Of a stretch of 64,000 nucleotides of DNA, positions 1 through 13,869 are shown one piece after another. Within the stretch, counting starts at the first letter, position 1. The number at the start of each line of letters is the position of its first letter. The position numbers and the translations under genes were made by a program. Under the pieces are notes generated by a model that had not been told where the DNA came from, ran no database searches, and saw only the letters and a program-made list of their open reading frames with translations. The DNA is taken from NCBI RefSeq assembly GCF_009914755.1, contig NC_060947.1; one strand, 5' to 3'. This DNA is from the human T2T-CHM13v2.0 reference genome, Homo sapiens.

Positions 1-206
1 GTAGCTAACAGCTGTCAAGAGTAGTCACTAACTGGGTTCAAATCCCAGATCTGCCACTCTTAGCTGTGTGTCCTTGGCCTCTGTGCCTCTTGTAAAATGG
101 GGATAATTCCATTACTTCCTCTTAGGGTTGTTGTGAGGTTTACATAAATTATTACATAGTCCATTTAATGTCAACACATAGTAAGTAATAAATATCAGCT
201 GTTTTT

Positions 207-233
207 TGTTGTTGTTGTTGTTGTTGTTGTTGT
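207..233. repeat. (GTT)n microsatellite beside a MIR-like fragment
   Basis: Run of gtt trinucleotides; flanking sequence 30-200 resembles MIR (ctgggttcaaatcccag...tgtaaaatggggataat). Confidence 0.8.
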
Positions 234-1568
234 GGGTTTTTTTTCCATCTCTGATAGGTGAAGTCAGAGAAGGGGGAAAGATCTCACCAGGCCCAGTAGC
301 TATTAAAGGGTTTGGCACTGGAACTCTCATTCTAAAGTTCTGGAGCTCTAAGTACATATGCTTTATTGATTTTTAACCTATAAGCTAAAATTAAGTTTCA
401 GGAAAACACATGAAACAGTTAAATAGCTTGATTATTGTTGCCCCCTACTTTCAACTTCACTGGATGTGTAACTCCCAAAATGAAAATGGTATGATGATAT
501 TGTTCCTTTTCCTGTAGGATCCATCAGACAGCTCATTCTGGAATACAGAAATGGCACTGAAGATCATACCTGCGTTTTCCCCTTCTTGTTATTACCTTTG
601 CAAATGTTCTTTATAAAGTAAAGAATGTCAAAGGCATAACTTTCAAGGAAGGGAGGAAGCAGAATAGGAAGGGAACTAATATTTGTTTGAGTGTCCACTA
701 TGGGCCAGATGAAGTGTTTCATGTTTTAAGTTGGTTCTCTCTTTAATTCTCATAATTCTGTAGGCAGGCAGAATTGTTTTCTACCAAGGTAGGCAGCCGT
801 ATCTTCCCTAAACAAAGAAGTAAATGGAACTCAGAGGTTGAGTATATATTCCAAGGCCCTAAATCTAGTAAGTTTGAGAGCTTGGATTCAAACCCAGGTC
901 TGTCACACTCCAAAACCCACACTCTCCCCCACTCTACCTTAAAAAAAAATTCTAATGTTATACTGTGATCTTCCAGGACTCAGGGACTAGTTGGTTTAAA
1001 TTTCCATGACAGAATGTTAAATTAAAAGTTTCCTCTTAGGCATTAACATATAACAGATATGAAATCAAAGCCAGGTTTCCAAAGGAAATAACCAAGCGGC
1101 TCTAAAACCCACAAGGAGGATTAAAAGGGTCAAGAGAGGAGATATGAAAAAGGAAGTTTTGCGAGGAAGATTTCTTTGGGATGAGCTTCCAAGTTGGAAG
1201 AGTTGAGGTGCTTTCCTTTTCACTCCATGGATTCAACTGGACCCCCTAAAGCTTGATATGTGTCTCCTGGAGTTGGAAGGCACAGTGGAATGTGATCTAC
1301 CTCCAGACTGAAAAATCTTCCTGGCTAGAGAATGTGGCTGTGGTGATGGTGGGAGTGGTAACTGTATTGTGATCTGTCCGCATTTCCAGTTTGTTGGGGG
1401 CAAAAGACAGATAGGTGTTTCCCATGTACAAGAAGTGGGCCACGAAGGAGAGCAAGCTGCTCTCAAAGAGAGCTGTTTGGGGGTGCTACAGATTCCAGCT
1501 GAAAAAACCCTATGGAATGGACAGCTGAAAAACTCAGAGCTGAAGGAGAAACAGCAATAGCATGTTTC

Positions 1569-1874
1569 TTTTTTTTTTTTTTTTTTTTTTTTTGAGACTG
1601 AGTCTCACACTCTCACCCAGGCTGGAGTGCAGTGGCGCGATCTTGGCAACCTCCACCTCCCAGGTTCACGCCATTCTCCTGCCTCAGCCTCCCGAGTAGC
1701 TGGGACTACAGGTGCTCGCCACCACGCCCGGTTAATTTTTTTTTTTTTTGTATTTTTAGTAGAGACGGGGTTTCACCGTGTTAGCCACGATGGTCTCAAT
1801 TTCCTGACCTTGTGATCCGCCTACCTCAGCCTCCCAAAGTGCTGGGATACAGGCATGAGCCACCGCGCCCGGCT
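1569..1874 (-). mobile_element. Alu (AluY-like)
   Basis: poly-T then Alu reverse-complement; TSD GCATGTTTC at 1560-1568 and 1875-1883. Confidence 0.95.
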
Positions 1875-2783
1875 GCATGTTTCATTTTTGATACAGAGGT
1901 AGCAGTAAGGGAGCCTCTGATGAGAGTCCCCTTTAAACAGCTAGATCCGTAGAGAGTAAAGCCAACTTACTATATAACCAGACAATAATTTTCTGTTCCT
2001 TTCCCCCTTACTCTTTCCCTTCACTCTAACCGCGGACAGGCCTGAAGTCAAAATTAGCAAGCTGGGGAAGGAAGATGGGCAAAGAGAAGAAACTCAGTGC
2101 ATCCCTTTGCTCAAATATGGGAGGTCACCTGAAGTTGGTGCTAGGCGAGCAGAGAAGGTCTAACTCTAAATCAAGTTCAGTGGCCCTTTATTATTTGGAA
2201 CTTCGTGTTCTAATCACTGAATTCAGGCTCAATTTGTGATTTAAAGTGACTGTAAGGTGGCAGGAAAGCCATGGGGCCTGAGAGAAATGTAATTTTAAAA
2301 GTACAATATTAGAGACAAAAGTAAAGTTGCATTTTGATTGTATTTCACCAGTAGTTCTTGTTCAATATACTGACTACATTTGCTTGGTGCGTTGTTTGTG
2401 ATGTGCCAAACTCCTGTGGATGAATACTACTACTGTTTTTGCATTAATTTTGCTACACCAGCTTTCTTTTGCTTAGTATTTGCCTGGTATATTTTTTCCA
2501 TCCTTTTATTTTGAACTTTTCTGGATAATTCTAAGTGTGCCTCTGAGAAAAGGCATGAAACTAGATTCTGTGTCTTATAAAAAAAAAACAATCTGAGGTT
2601 TTCTTTTAATATGTGAGTTTAATCCACATATATTTATTATTACTGATCTATTATAGATATATTTCTACCTTTTTACTTTGTGTTTTCTATTTACCATGTA
2701 TTTTTATTTGCATGTTTCCCTCCCCTCCTTTCCTGCCTCGTTAGACCAATGGAGTTTTCTTTGGAGTTTTGGAATTTACACAT

Positions 2784-3164
2784 TGTCATGGCTTTAATGT
2801 GTCCCCCAAAGCTCATGTGTTGGAAACTTAATCTCCAATGCAAGAATGTTGAGAGGTGGGACCTTTAAGAGGTGATTAGGTCATGGGGCTCTTCCCTCAT
2901 GAATGGATTCACACTGTTACTGTGGGAGTAGGTTTGTTATCTCAAGAGTGGGTTCCTGATAAAAGGATGAGTTCTGCTGCCTTCTTCCCCACCCCCTGCT
3001 CTTTTGACCTTCTGCTTCCACCATGGGATGAAGGCCCTCACCAGATGATAGCACCTTGATATTGGACCTCCCAGCCTCCAGAAACATAAGAAATACATCT
3101 CTATTTATGAATTATCCAGTCGTCTGTGGTATTCTGTTATAGTAGCACAAAATGGCTTAAGACA
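2784..3164 (+). mobile_element. MaLR solo LTR (MST family)
   Basis: TG...CA ends; MST-type motifs tgtgtcccccaaagctcatgtgttggaaacttaat and gttatagtagcacaaaatgg..taagaca. Confidence 0.8.
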
Positions 3165-3200
3165 CATGTTCCATTTTTAATCTTGTAGTGCTTATCCTAA

Positions 3201-3648
<448 letters not shown>

Positions 3649-3742
3649 TAAATTATTTATCTAACTTTATATTTTTTAAACAAAATTTAGAGTATCTCCA
3701 ACTTCTATCCTGTTCCTTATACATATTTTTTACATTTTGGAG

Positions 3743-3780
<38 letters not shown>

Positions 3781-4757
3781 CTTATATACAAATATATATA
3801 CAAAAATATATATACAACTTAAATACATATATATATACAACTTCTGATTATTGGCATTTGTATAAGCAAGCTAACTATTAATCATTATTATTACAATTCA
3901 TAGTTAATAATACACTTTTAAATATATTATCTCATTTGATTCTAGAAAAAGTTCAGCTAAGTATTACCTCCATAATGAATTAGGAAGAAAAAAAGGAAGA
4001 AAGAAAGAAGAGACAAGATGGAAAGAGAAGAGAGCTCCTCAATTCTTAATGGTATCTTCTGGGGACCTCAGGCTGAGAACTACAGATCTTGGGAATATAT
4101 TCTTTACCCTTTCCTTTTGGAAAGGGAGGAAGGAAAGAGAATTGTAATTTTTGAACATTTATTCTGTGTCAAAAACTTGCTGTAAGCAAGACAAACCTTA
4201 CATTTACTAACTACTTTCCTTTTCAGGTGTTTCATGAGTGTCATGCAATTTATTTCACAACATGCTTCCGTACCAATCCACATACATTCTCCTGAATGAA
4301 AACAGGCTTATTTATGTTGATGATGAAGACATTGATAACAATAATAAATAACAGTTATAATAGCTATTTGTTATGGACCCACCTTGTTAGCTAGGCACTG
4401 AATGTCATGGGGGTAAATATACTCTTTAAACTGCCCTTCAGTTTTAGAAGGGAAGCCATCTAGATGTCTGGATAGATAAAGCGACATCATCTCTATAGTG
4501 TTAAAATAGAGAAACTTGCAAAATCAACAGAGTCCATGTGTGAATTTGTGTCCATGTGTCCACTTATGATAACTGCCCCCTTTTTTAAATCAATAGGATG
4601 GCCCAGTTTTGGATCTAATAAAGTACTTTATGACTTTCCTGAATATTCCTAAGATTTTTTTTAATGAAACAATTAACAAGAAGAAATCATCCAAAATAAA
4701 AGAAACTACCTATATGTTTAACTGGGACATATTAAATTATCAGTTTTTGAAATGTTA

Positions 4758-5020
<263 letters not shown>

Positions 5021-5129
5021 AAGAAAGAGAAATATATATTAACATGTATATTGTGTTCTTATATTTTTCTCTCCTCTCATTTCCAGCAGAGATCCAAGAG
5101 AGGGAGATTTGTGGCAGATCTGGAAGTAG

Positions 5130-5435
<306 letters not shown>

Positions 5436-7859
5436 CATATATTCTGAAAAGGATTATATTCATTGATGAAATCAAGCCAGATGTCCCTGGATGGGAATGG
5501 AGGGCATTTTAGGGCAGCAAGAGAATAGAGGTCAGGGTCTATACTTCCTTTCAGTGGCAGAGACATGAGCATTTCTTCATATCAGGACCCAAAGAAGACT
5601 CTGTGATGGGCCGGGGGAAGCTGGTTGCCTAGTCTTGGCAAACATTCCACTACCCAGAGGGTTGGATAGAAGCAGCAGGGACAAAGGAACTGAAGATACC
5701 ATGCCAGTTCAGTAAATGAGCACCTCATCCCTAACCAGTGTGGACAGACAGCTGAAGACAGCAGGGATCTCCTCAGGCTTTGGTGCTAGATAAGACCATA
5801 GAATGCCTGTACAACTAATGGAGATGAGGAATCCCCAGTAATAAGTGATGTGGATTTCCCACTAGCATGCTAGGGTTTGGATATCAGAGTCATATTTATG
5901 TTCATTTAAAGGCGCTTTGAAAATGTGACATTTCTTATATGCTCAAGGGTGTGAACTAAGATCCATATCTGTTTGGTAGGCCTCCTATTCAAAATTTCAT
6001 TAACAAATCCTTATTTTCTTTTGGAATGTTTTCATGAGTATCGTGGGCTATTTTACAACTGTCTTCTTAATGGGATAGGAGTCAAGAATTCAATTAGTTG
6101 GCTAGGCCCTAGATTCCACAGAGTACGAGGATGAGAGGCCCCAAGCCTGCCCATCTGGTCACCCATCATTCACTAATGCAAAATTTGAATCATTTCAGCC
6201 ATCTGACACCAGGGATTTGCCTACTTAAATGAAGTATTCACTAAGACGCAAAGTCTAAGTAGTCTTCATTGAATACACATTTAATGAGCAACTTCTACAT
6301 GCTAAGTACCAGTGTTAGAGAGATCTGATAATTAGGTTCAGTAATCAATGGGCTGCATATAATTATAAAACCTCCTTTCTTCTTTACATTGATCCTTTCT
6401 CCTGCCACTCTCCCACTACAGAATTTGGGGAAGAATAATTGACACCTGATGGGTCTAGTCATCACATGGTGGTGTGATGGTCACAATGCAGCCAGCCTAC
6501 AACGTAGCCTGGTTTCTGCTACTCTTGACAATATATTGACTAGACACCTAAAAGCATGTTCAATAACTTACTAGCACCTATTGCAAGGAGGATGACAACA
6601 GTGATAGAAAATACTTCATTATTTTAAGTATTTATGTCTAAGGAAAATGAACCTGTTTACTTGCAATTTGCAGTTCTTTTCAAAACTAGCCTATGTGCAT
6701 CTATGGCCTATCTCCCTTGTCTCTTTTTAAATTTTAAAGATATTAACAATTTGTATTTATGTGTTTGACTATTCTACTGTGTTGCATACCTAATAATTCC
6801 CTTCATGTTGTTTTATAATAAAGTTATTTAAAGTATTTATGTATTAAAATCTATCCACCTTTTCCTGTAGGCATCCTGTCAATAATCTAATATTTAGAAA
6901 GGTCATCTGAGCCAAGATGATAAAATATCCTTCATTTTAAGCAAACAATCTATGGTTTCACTTATCAAATGTAAATCTTTAATTCGTTTGGAATGTACTT
7001 TGGAATAAAATGTAATGCAAAAGATCTAACATTCCCCTCCAATATTTTGACTATCCCATTCTTTCACTACTAATTCAAATATTACCTCTAACATAACTAA
7101 TAAGTTAAACACACATACACAGACACAGATATTTCCATTCTGTTACCCTGATCTGTTTTGGTGCCCAAAATACACTTTTAGAGTACCATTTTATAACAAA
7201 TTTTTCTATGTGGCAACTTCTCTTTAGTTTTCTCAGAATTTTTCCATTTTCATGTTTTATTTTCATTAAGTCATTTAAAAATAAACTAGTTTTATTAGCC
7301 TTGAACTTCCTTTGTATATCAATTTGGGGAGAAAAAGAAAACCATACATATGATCTGATCCCAATTTGTTTTAAAAATGTTGTATGATCTTTATTACAAA
7401 TATTTACGTATACACATAATTCCAAGAATATCTGGTAAAGTATTAACTATTTCAGGTGTGTGCTAGGTATCTCCCATTTGTCCTCCTCCCACTTACCACC
7501 CGCAACTACCCTCCTCCACCCCCCTCCCCACCATCTACTTTCCTTCCTGCTCTGTGTCCCCCACACTTACCAACACAGACTATACAAAAGGTCTTCCTTG
7601 CCCTCTGGCTTCCAGTTTGGACAAAGGGAAATACCCAGCAGGCGATGTTCGGAAGAGAGCAAAGTCAAGCATTTATGCCCTCTCATTGCATTTTCTCTTC
7701 TCAGGGTCGCTGTGAGCTGACTGCATCCTGAAGATTACAGCTACTGTCAGGTGGACCTTTCCACACAGCTGTATACCATTCCAGTAACCCCTCCCTTCCT
7801 TCCCTCTGCTCCTCCCGTCCCTTCCCCTCTTCGTCTCCTTTGCAGAGGGGTAGTAACAC

Positions 7860-8229
7860 TGTTATGCCCTGAATTGTGCACCCACCCCTCCCCACACCCG
7901 CCAAATTCATGTTGAAGTCCTAATCCCCAATACCTCAGATTGTGACTGTAGTTGGAAATAGGGTCTTTACAGAGATAACTAAATGAGGTCACTGGGGTGT
8001 GTCCTAATCCAATGAATAGTGTCCTTACAAGAGATTAGGATACAGATACACAGAAAAAGGCCATGTGATGACAAGGAGGACGGCCATGTAGAAGCCAAGG
8101 AGGCCTCAAAAAAATCCTCTGGCAACACCTTGATCTGACTTCTAACATCCAGAACTGTGAGAAAATAAACTTATTGTTTAAGCCACTCAGTCTGAGGTAC
8201 TTACGGCAGCCTGAGCCAGCTAATATACA
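7860..8229 (+). mobile_element. MaLR solo LTR (MLT1 family)
   Basis: tgttatg..ctgaattgtg..ccaaattcatgttgaagtcctaa..tccagaactgtgagaaaataaac..gtttaagccac; TG...CA ends. Confidence 0.8.
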
Positions 8230-8496
8230 CTACAACCCTACCCCTCTGGTGGCAACTCAGGGAAAAAATTCTTTAACTCTCCTCAAATCACCCATTTTTG
8301 AGTCCCATTTATTTGCTGGGACCTTGAAGGATCCAGTAGAATTACATCATTCTTATTTGCATTTGTTCTTACTATGTTTTCTAAAATTTCTACAATAACC
8401 ACAGAATACCAACCTTATTTCTACAATAACCAGAATACCAACCAGTAACATGAAAGGCACACTACAAATTACTTGCTTTGAAATTTAGAAACAAAT

Positions 8497-8502
8497 TTTA
8501 TT
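8497..8502 (-). terminator. MORF4L2: MORF4L2 distal polyadenylation signal (AATAAA); a proximal one lies at 8980-8985
   Basis: TTTATT on + strand about 630 nt downstream of the stop codon, at the end of a non-repetitive AT-rich 3'UTR. Confidence 0.65.
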
Positions 8503-9134
8503 TAAGATCTGAAATACAATTCCTAAAATATCAACTTTTCCAGAAAACCGTGGCTACACAATAATGCATTGCCTCTATCATGTTAGAACGTGCATTAGAC
8601 TCAAATACAAAAACCATGAAACAAATCACCATCCTTCAACAATTTGAGCAAAGATAGAATGCCTAAGAACAACATAGATGGACTTGCAGAGGATGGGCTG
8701 TTTTACTTCAAGCACCATAAAAAAAAAAAAGAGCACAAATGCATGGGTTTTCAGGTATATACATTAAGTTGAACCTTTGGCACTAGGAATCAGGGCGTTT
8801 TGTCACATAGCATTAACACATATTAGAAAATTGTGTAGTGTCAAAGGGATAGGAACCACCAGCATTCAAGCAATGTTGTCAACTAGGCAATAAAATGTTC
8901 TACTGAATGTTTCTTCTTTGTTCTAATTACTGCATACACTGGTAGCAACTTTGAAATGAGAAAAGGAGCTTACACTCCTTTTATTTTCTGTTTAAAACAG
9001 AACGGAAAACAAACTGAAACATAAGCCCTGTTATACATTAACGATTTTAAAGAACATCAATTTTACAAGAAAAAGACTAAGAACAAAAAGTGTTTACAGA
9101 TACAGGACAAAAATGGTGAGCTGTCTGTAGACGC

Positions 9135-10001
9135 TCACAGGGCTTTGCGGTGGTACTCAGCAGAAGCCACTTTGTAATCACTGGCAGTAAAGAGAGATGC
9201 AGAATTCTTTGCCAGATATTTTAGGAAATCATGCAAATAGCCCAACAATAATGCAAGGCTTTTCTCATCAAGGGGCGTATAGGCCAACATTGCTCCAATT
9301 CTTACAAATAATCTCAGTAGGTGTGGTGCTCCATAAACCTGGGACATTGGAGCATCAGGGTGAGCCAAGAGGATTTCAGCATACTGGGGCCTCTCAAATT
9401 TGTAGAGCAGCTGAGTGCCCAACATCACATTGAAATATTCTTTTATTCCTGCCACAACTTCATTAACCGCATATTCCTTATTATCAACATTTCCCTGCGA
9501 TTTCTTGCAATTTGCATACTCCTCCAGAATTGCATCTACATTTTTCTTGGCAGGGAGTTGAAACAGCTGCTTCTGCCTGGTAACTAAGTCCCAGTCCTCA
9601 ACAAGCCATGGTTTTAATTCTTCAGGAATCTTCACTTTAACCTCCATTCTATTCTTAAACGCCTCCTCACTTTCAACAGTGGGGTCTGCCCGGGCCCTTT
9701 TCTTCCGAGGGGGCTGAGGTGCTTCGCTGGTACTGCCACCATCTCCGTTTCCAGGAGTCTTCTGCTTGTTCTTTCTGGTCTTCCTCACGGATCCTGAAGG
9801 GGGGTTCTCTGCAGAGCGACCACCCCATCTTCCTGGGAGAGCTGGTTCAAGATTTTTCTGCTGTGGACCAGCTGTCTTCTTTCCTGAGGAGGCCCCTCTC
9901 ATTTTACTTCTCTGCATGTTGCTTCTAGTTGGTTTTTTGAAGTTCTCTTCTTCTGCAGATTGCTGTCCACGAGGTTGAGAACCCTGCTTTCTGGAACTCA
10001 T
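9135..10001 (-). CDS. MORF4L2: Mortality factor 4-like protein 2 (MRGX), MRG-domain chromatin protein (NuA4/TIP60 and Sin3 complexes); intronless CDS
   Basis: 288-aa ORF with NLS PPRKKRAR and MRG domain (KIPEELKPWLVEDWDLVTRQKQL...YGAPHLLRLFVRIG...EYHRKAL); acceptor TTTTATATATTACAG| at 10025. Confidence 0.98.
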   Translation of the reverse strand: MSSRKQGSQPRGQQSAEEENFKKPTRSNMQRSKMRGASSGKKTAGPQQKNLEPALPGRWGGRSAENPPSGSVRKTRKNKQKTPGNGDGGSTSEAPQPPRKKRARADPTVESEEAFKNRMEVKVKIPEELKPWLVEDWDLVTRQKQLFQLPAKKNVDAILEEYANCKKSQGNVDNKEYAVNEVVAGIKEYFNVMLGTQLLYKFERPQYAEILLAHPDAPMSQVYGAPHLLRLFVRIGAMLAYTPLDEKSLALLLGYLHDFLKYLAKNSASLFTASDYKVASAEYHRKAL

Positions 10002-10157
10002 TCAACCCTGTTTTTATTCCAACCACTGTAATATATAAAATATTTTACTTGGTTGTTTTCTATGGCAACCTTTAACTATGTTTCATAAAGGCCCATCAGA
10101 GAATAACACATTCTAACTCCCTTAAAATCTGGATTTCAAATCCTATTTCAGGACCCT
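10002..10157 (-). pseudogene. Degenerate 5' part of the MORF4L1 (MRG15) retrocopy: fossil chromodomain coding sequence, now intron and 5'UTR
   Basis: Translates KVAIENNQVKYFIYYSGWNKNRVE*VPESRVL, versus recalled MRG15 KVAIKDKQVKYFIHYSGWNKNWDEWVPESRVL. Confidence 0.85.
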
Positions 10158-11472
10158 TTATAAGTGATTTTTTATTTTTTTACCTCCTTTCCCTCTCTCT
10201 GATCCTCACTACCAGCCACTACTCTCATCTCACCCAAATACTCATCACAACTACCCATAAATTACTCTGTTGATGCCACTCACAAGATAGGAAAGCAATT
10301 TTCAAGAAAGAAGGAATTAAATGAAAAACTATAAAAGACAGTGGAGTTGAAATTTAAGACTTTTGAACAGGAGAAATGACAATATGGAATAGGGAAGGTT
10401 ATATTTAATTGACTAAGGGCAAAATGAGTAACAGTAAAGGTTCTTGTATTAGTCCAGAAAGGCCTGAATTAGGATGATGACAGAGTCAAGAGAAACTGAA
10501 GAATACAGAAATCATGAAGAATATAGTAACCAAAGGAGGGAGGAATCTGCAATTTCAAGCCTGGGTAATTAATGAACTTAATGAAAGCACTGAATTTAGG
10601 GTTTAGTTTGGAATCAGAAATAAAATGACAGAACATAGGTAATTCATCCATTCATTAATCTATTCAGTTTGTCATTATACATTACTGCATATCTGCTTTG
10701 GGACAAGTACTATGGTAGTTGCTAGAGATCCAAATATCTAAAGTGACAATTATAAAACGATAAGGTTAGTATAATGACAGTTATAGGCACAAAATAGTTT
10801 GGGAGCAGACACAAGAAATGGTACATGACACCACTGTCAGTGATTGTTTAAGAAGGTAAAAAAAAGATTGGTGAGGGAGGAGTCAGTGATGACTCCCAGG
10901 TATGGGTGATTAGGTTATTAGTATTATCACCAAATGATAATACTCCTCCATTTACAGGTGGAGAAAATGGATTGGAGGAAAAGTTGTGTTGGGCCTATTG
11001 TGTGTGAGATGTACAGTTAAACATAAAATTGTAAAGCTCAGTTTTGTCCAGCTAACTGGGTACCCACCCCACAACCCAAAACAAAAAAAAAAAAATAAAG
11101 CTCGGGTGAGAAGTAAAAGCCAGAAATGGAGATCTGAGAGTAACATCACATAGCTGGTAGTGGACACTACGAGGGCCAATGAAATCAGGGAGAAGAGAGG
11201 AAGAACTTCAAGTATGGAATTCTGGAAAACCTAAGGACGAAAGGCATTTAAGGGATGCACAGAGACCACAAATGAAACAAAAATGTTAAGAGTAGCCATA
11301 ACAGAATTAGAAGAATGTTATTTTGGATGCCAAAGATGATGAGCGTTCCAAGAAGAAAAAGGTATAATCTACAGTGTAAAGTGCAGCAGGGAGTGCTAGT
11401 AAGATAAGGATGCAAAAAATAGTCTTCCATTATTCTTATGGTGTGACAGAGGAAACAATTCCTTTGACTTAC

Positions 11473-11625
11473 ACAATCTTCCTTCTTTCCCTTCCAAGAA
11501 CTCCTAGTGATTTCCCAGATGAAATCTTATAGATCTTCTGGGATGGTCTAGAAGGGTGAAGTGGGAGATACAACCTAGAAAGAAAGGCAGGTATCTGCAA
11601 TGAAGATGAACTTTTGTGAAATCAT
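11473..11625 (-). other. MORF4L2: MORF4L2 5'UTR exon with three alternative acceptors (exon starts 11625, 11594, 11574)
   Basis: Donor TGT|GTAAGT at 11473; acceptors TTTTTTTCTTTTTCTTAG|, CTTCATTGCAG| and CTTTCTTTCTAG|. Confidence 0.75.
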
Positions 11626-12197
11626 CTAAGAAAAAGAAAAAAAATGAGTAATTTATAAACATGTGGTTTATATGTTTACATTTAAACACATATATGAATC
11701 ATATACCACAATTGTAAATCGTGGTATCAGAGAAAATACTTGAGTTCTGCTGTCAGACAGATCTTTACTTCAATTAGGCTCCGTCATTTATGAGTTGTGA
11801 GACCTCAGGCAAGACATGTAAGCTCTCTTAGCCTTTTTCTCATCTGTGGAATGTGGCAAATTACCTATAGCCTTCACAGGTTCCTGTGAGAATTTCATAA
11901 AGGTGATGTGGCTGAACAGCTAGCACAGTATGTTGCGGGAATATTTGCACATGGATACAAAGATGTTCAATGTAGTGGTGTTTGCAATACTGAAGAACTG
12001 GAAAACACCTACCTATTCTTCAACAGGAAAATGATAACATAAATTATGTATGAATACTACAGAAGAACATTCAAATGAATTAAGCAGAGATCTGTGTACT
12101 GACATGGAAAGATGTTCAATATATATTATTAGGTAAATAGGCAGTGGCATAATACTACAGGATCCCAAATGCAATAGGATCTTAAAGAGACAGATAA

Positions 12198-12505
12198 GGC
12201 CGGGCGCAGTGGGTCACACCTGTGATCCCAGCACTTCGGGAGGCCAAGGCAGGCAGATCACGAGATCAGGAGTTTGAGACCAGCCTGGCCAACGTAGTGA
12301 AACCCTGTCTCTACTAAAAATACAAAAAAAAAAAAAAAAAAAGTAGCAGGGCATGGTGGTGCATGCCTGTAGTCTCAGCTACTCAGGAGACTGAGGCAGG
12401 AGAATCGCTTGAACCCGAGAGGCAGAGGTTGCAGTGAGCTGAGATTGAGATCGTACCACTGCACTCTAGCCTGGGCGACAGAGACTCCATCTCCAAAAAA
12501 AAAAA
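12198..12505 (+). mobile_element. Alu (AluS-like)
   Basis: ggccgggcgcagtgg...A tail. Confidence 0.93.
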
Positions 12506-12775
12506 GATAGTACAGGTAGAGAAATAAGCATTAGTGTGAAATAGTTTTTAGGAAGAGTGTGCTGTCATTTGTGTGTGTGTTTTAAACAGATGTCTATAAA
12601 TATGCATGGAAATATCTAGACAGATAAATATCAGCCTGTTAAAATCAGGGTAACCTCTGAGAAAGGGATGATTGTAGACTAGCCTTAAACCAGGTTTCTC
12701 TAGTAACTACAACTTTCACCCACAGAAAAAGCCCAGCAGCCATTCTGTAGCCATTAACACTGTAGGCAGGTGTCA

Positions 12776-13181
<406 letters not shown>

Positions 13182-13577
13182 TATGCATGCATGCATGCTT
13201 GAAGACTAGATCCCTGAACCAGGAAAGCCAGTTATTGGGAAGAAAGGCCTGGATGCTAGTACTTTCACTAAGCAAACAATATCCTCTAACTGAAAAAGCA
13301 CAAAGCTTTGAGCAGAAATTCAAGGGTAAAGTCAGTCTTCAGAAAGCATCAAAATTTGTAAATATGGAGACTGATCCCTGTGGGAATCAGAAACCTTCTG
13401 GCTGAGAGGGACACGGAGACACATCCTGTGAAGGATCAGACAGTGGTGATAGTGGCCACTGTATCATGGCATTAAATTGTAAGCTATCATGCTTCCAGAA
13501 TAATGTTTCTAAAAGAATTGCTTTGTGACCAGGACAGACCAGATACAGTATCTGAAGACTTCAGAGAATTGTTAATA

Positions 13578-13869
13578 CAGGTTGAGTATTCCTTATCCAA
13601 AATGCTTGGGATGAGAAGTGTTTCAGATATTGGAATATTTGCATATGTGTGAGAATATCTTGGGGATGGGACCCCAGTCTAAACAGGAAATTCATTTATG
13701 TTTCATATACACCTTATACACATGGTCTTGAAGGTAATTTTATACAGTATTTTAAACATTTCTTTGCACCTGTCACATGAGGTCAGATGTGGAATCATCT
13801 ACTAGTGGCATGTTGGCACTCAGAAAGTTTCAGATTTTGGAGCATTTCAGATTAGGGTTACTGAACCTG
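13578..13869. mobile_element. Tigger4/MER46-like DNA transposon (TcMar)
   Basis: TA|CAGGTTGAGTATTCCTTATCCAAAATGCTT ... GGAGCATTTCAGATTAGGGTTACTGAACCTG terminal inverted repeats. Confidence 0.75.

Noticed and set aside
9197-9978. + strand ORFs overlapping MORF4L2
   Set aside because: Antisense shadows of the real CDS, with no recognisable domain or splice structure
11345-11400. Similarity between LHCRLYLFLLG (11248-11430 ORF) and LHCRYLPFFLG (11504-11689 ORF)
   Set aside because: Short, low-identity match in purine-rich sequence that looks like decayed L2; a duplication cannot be supported
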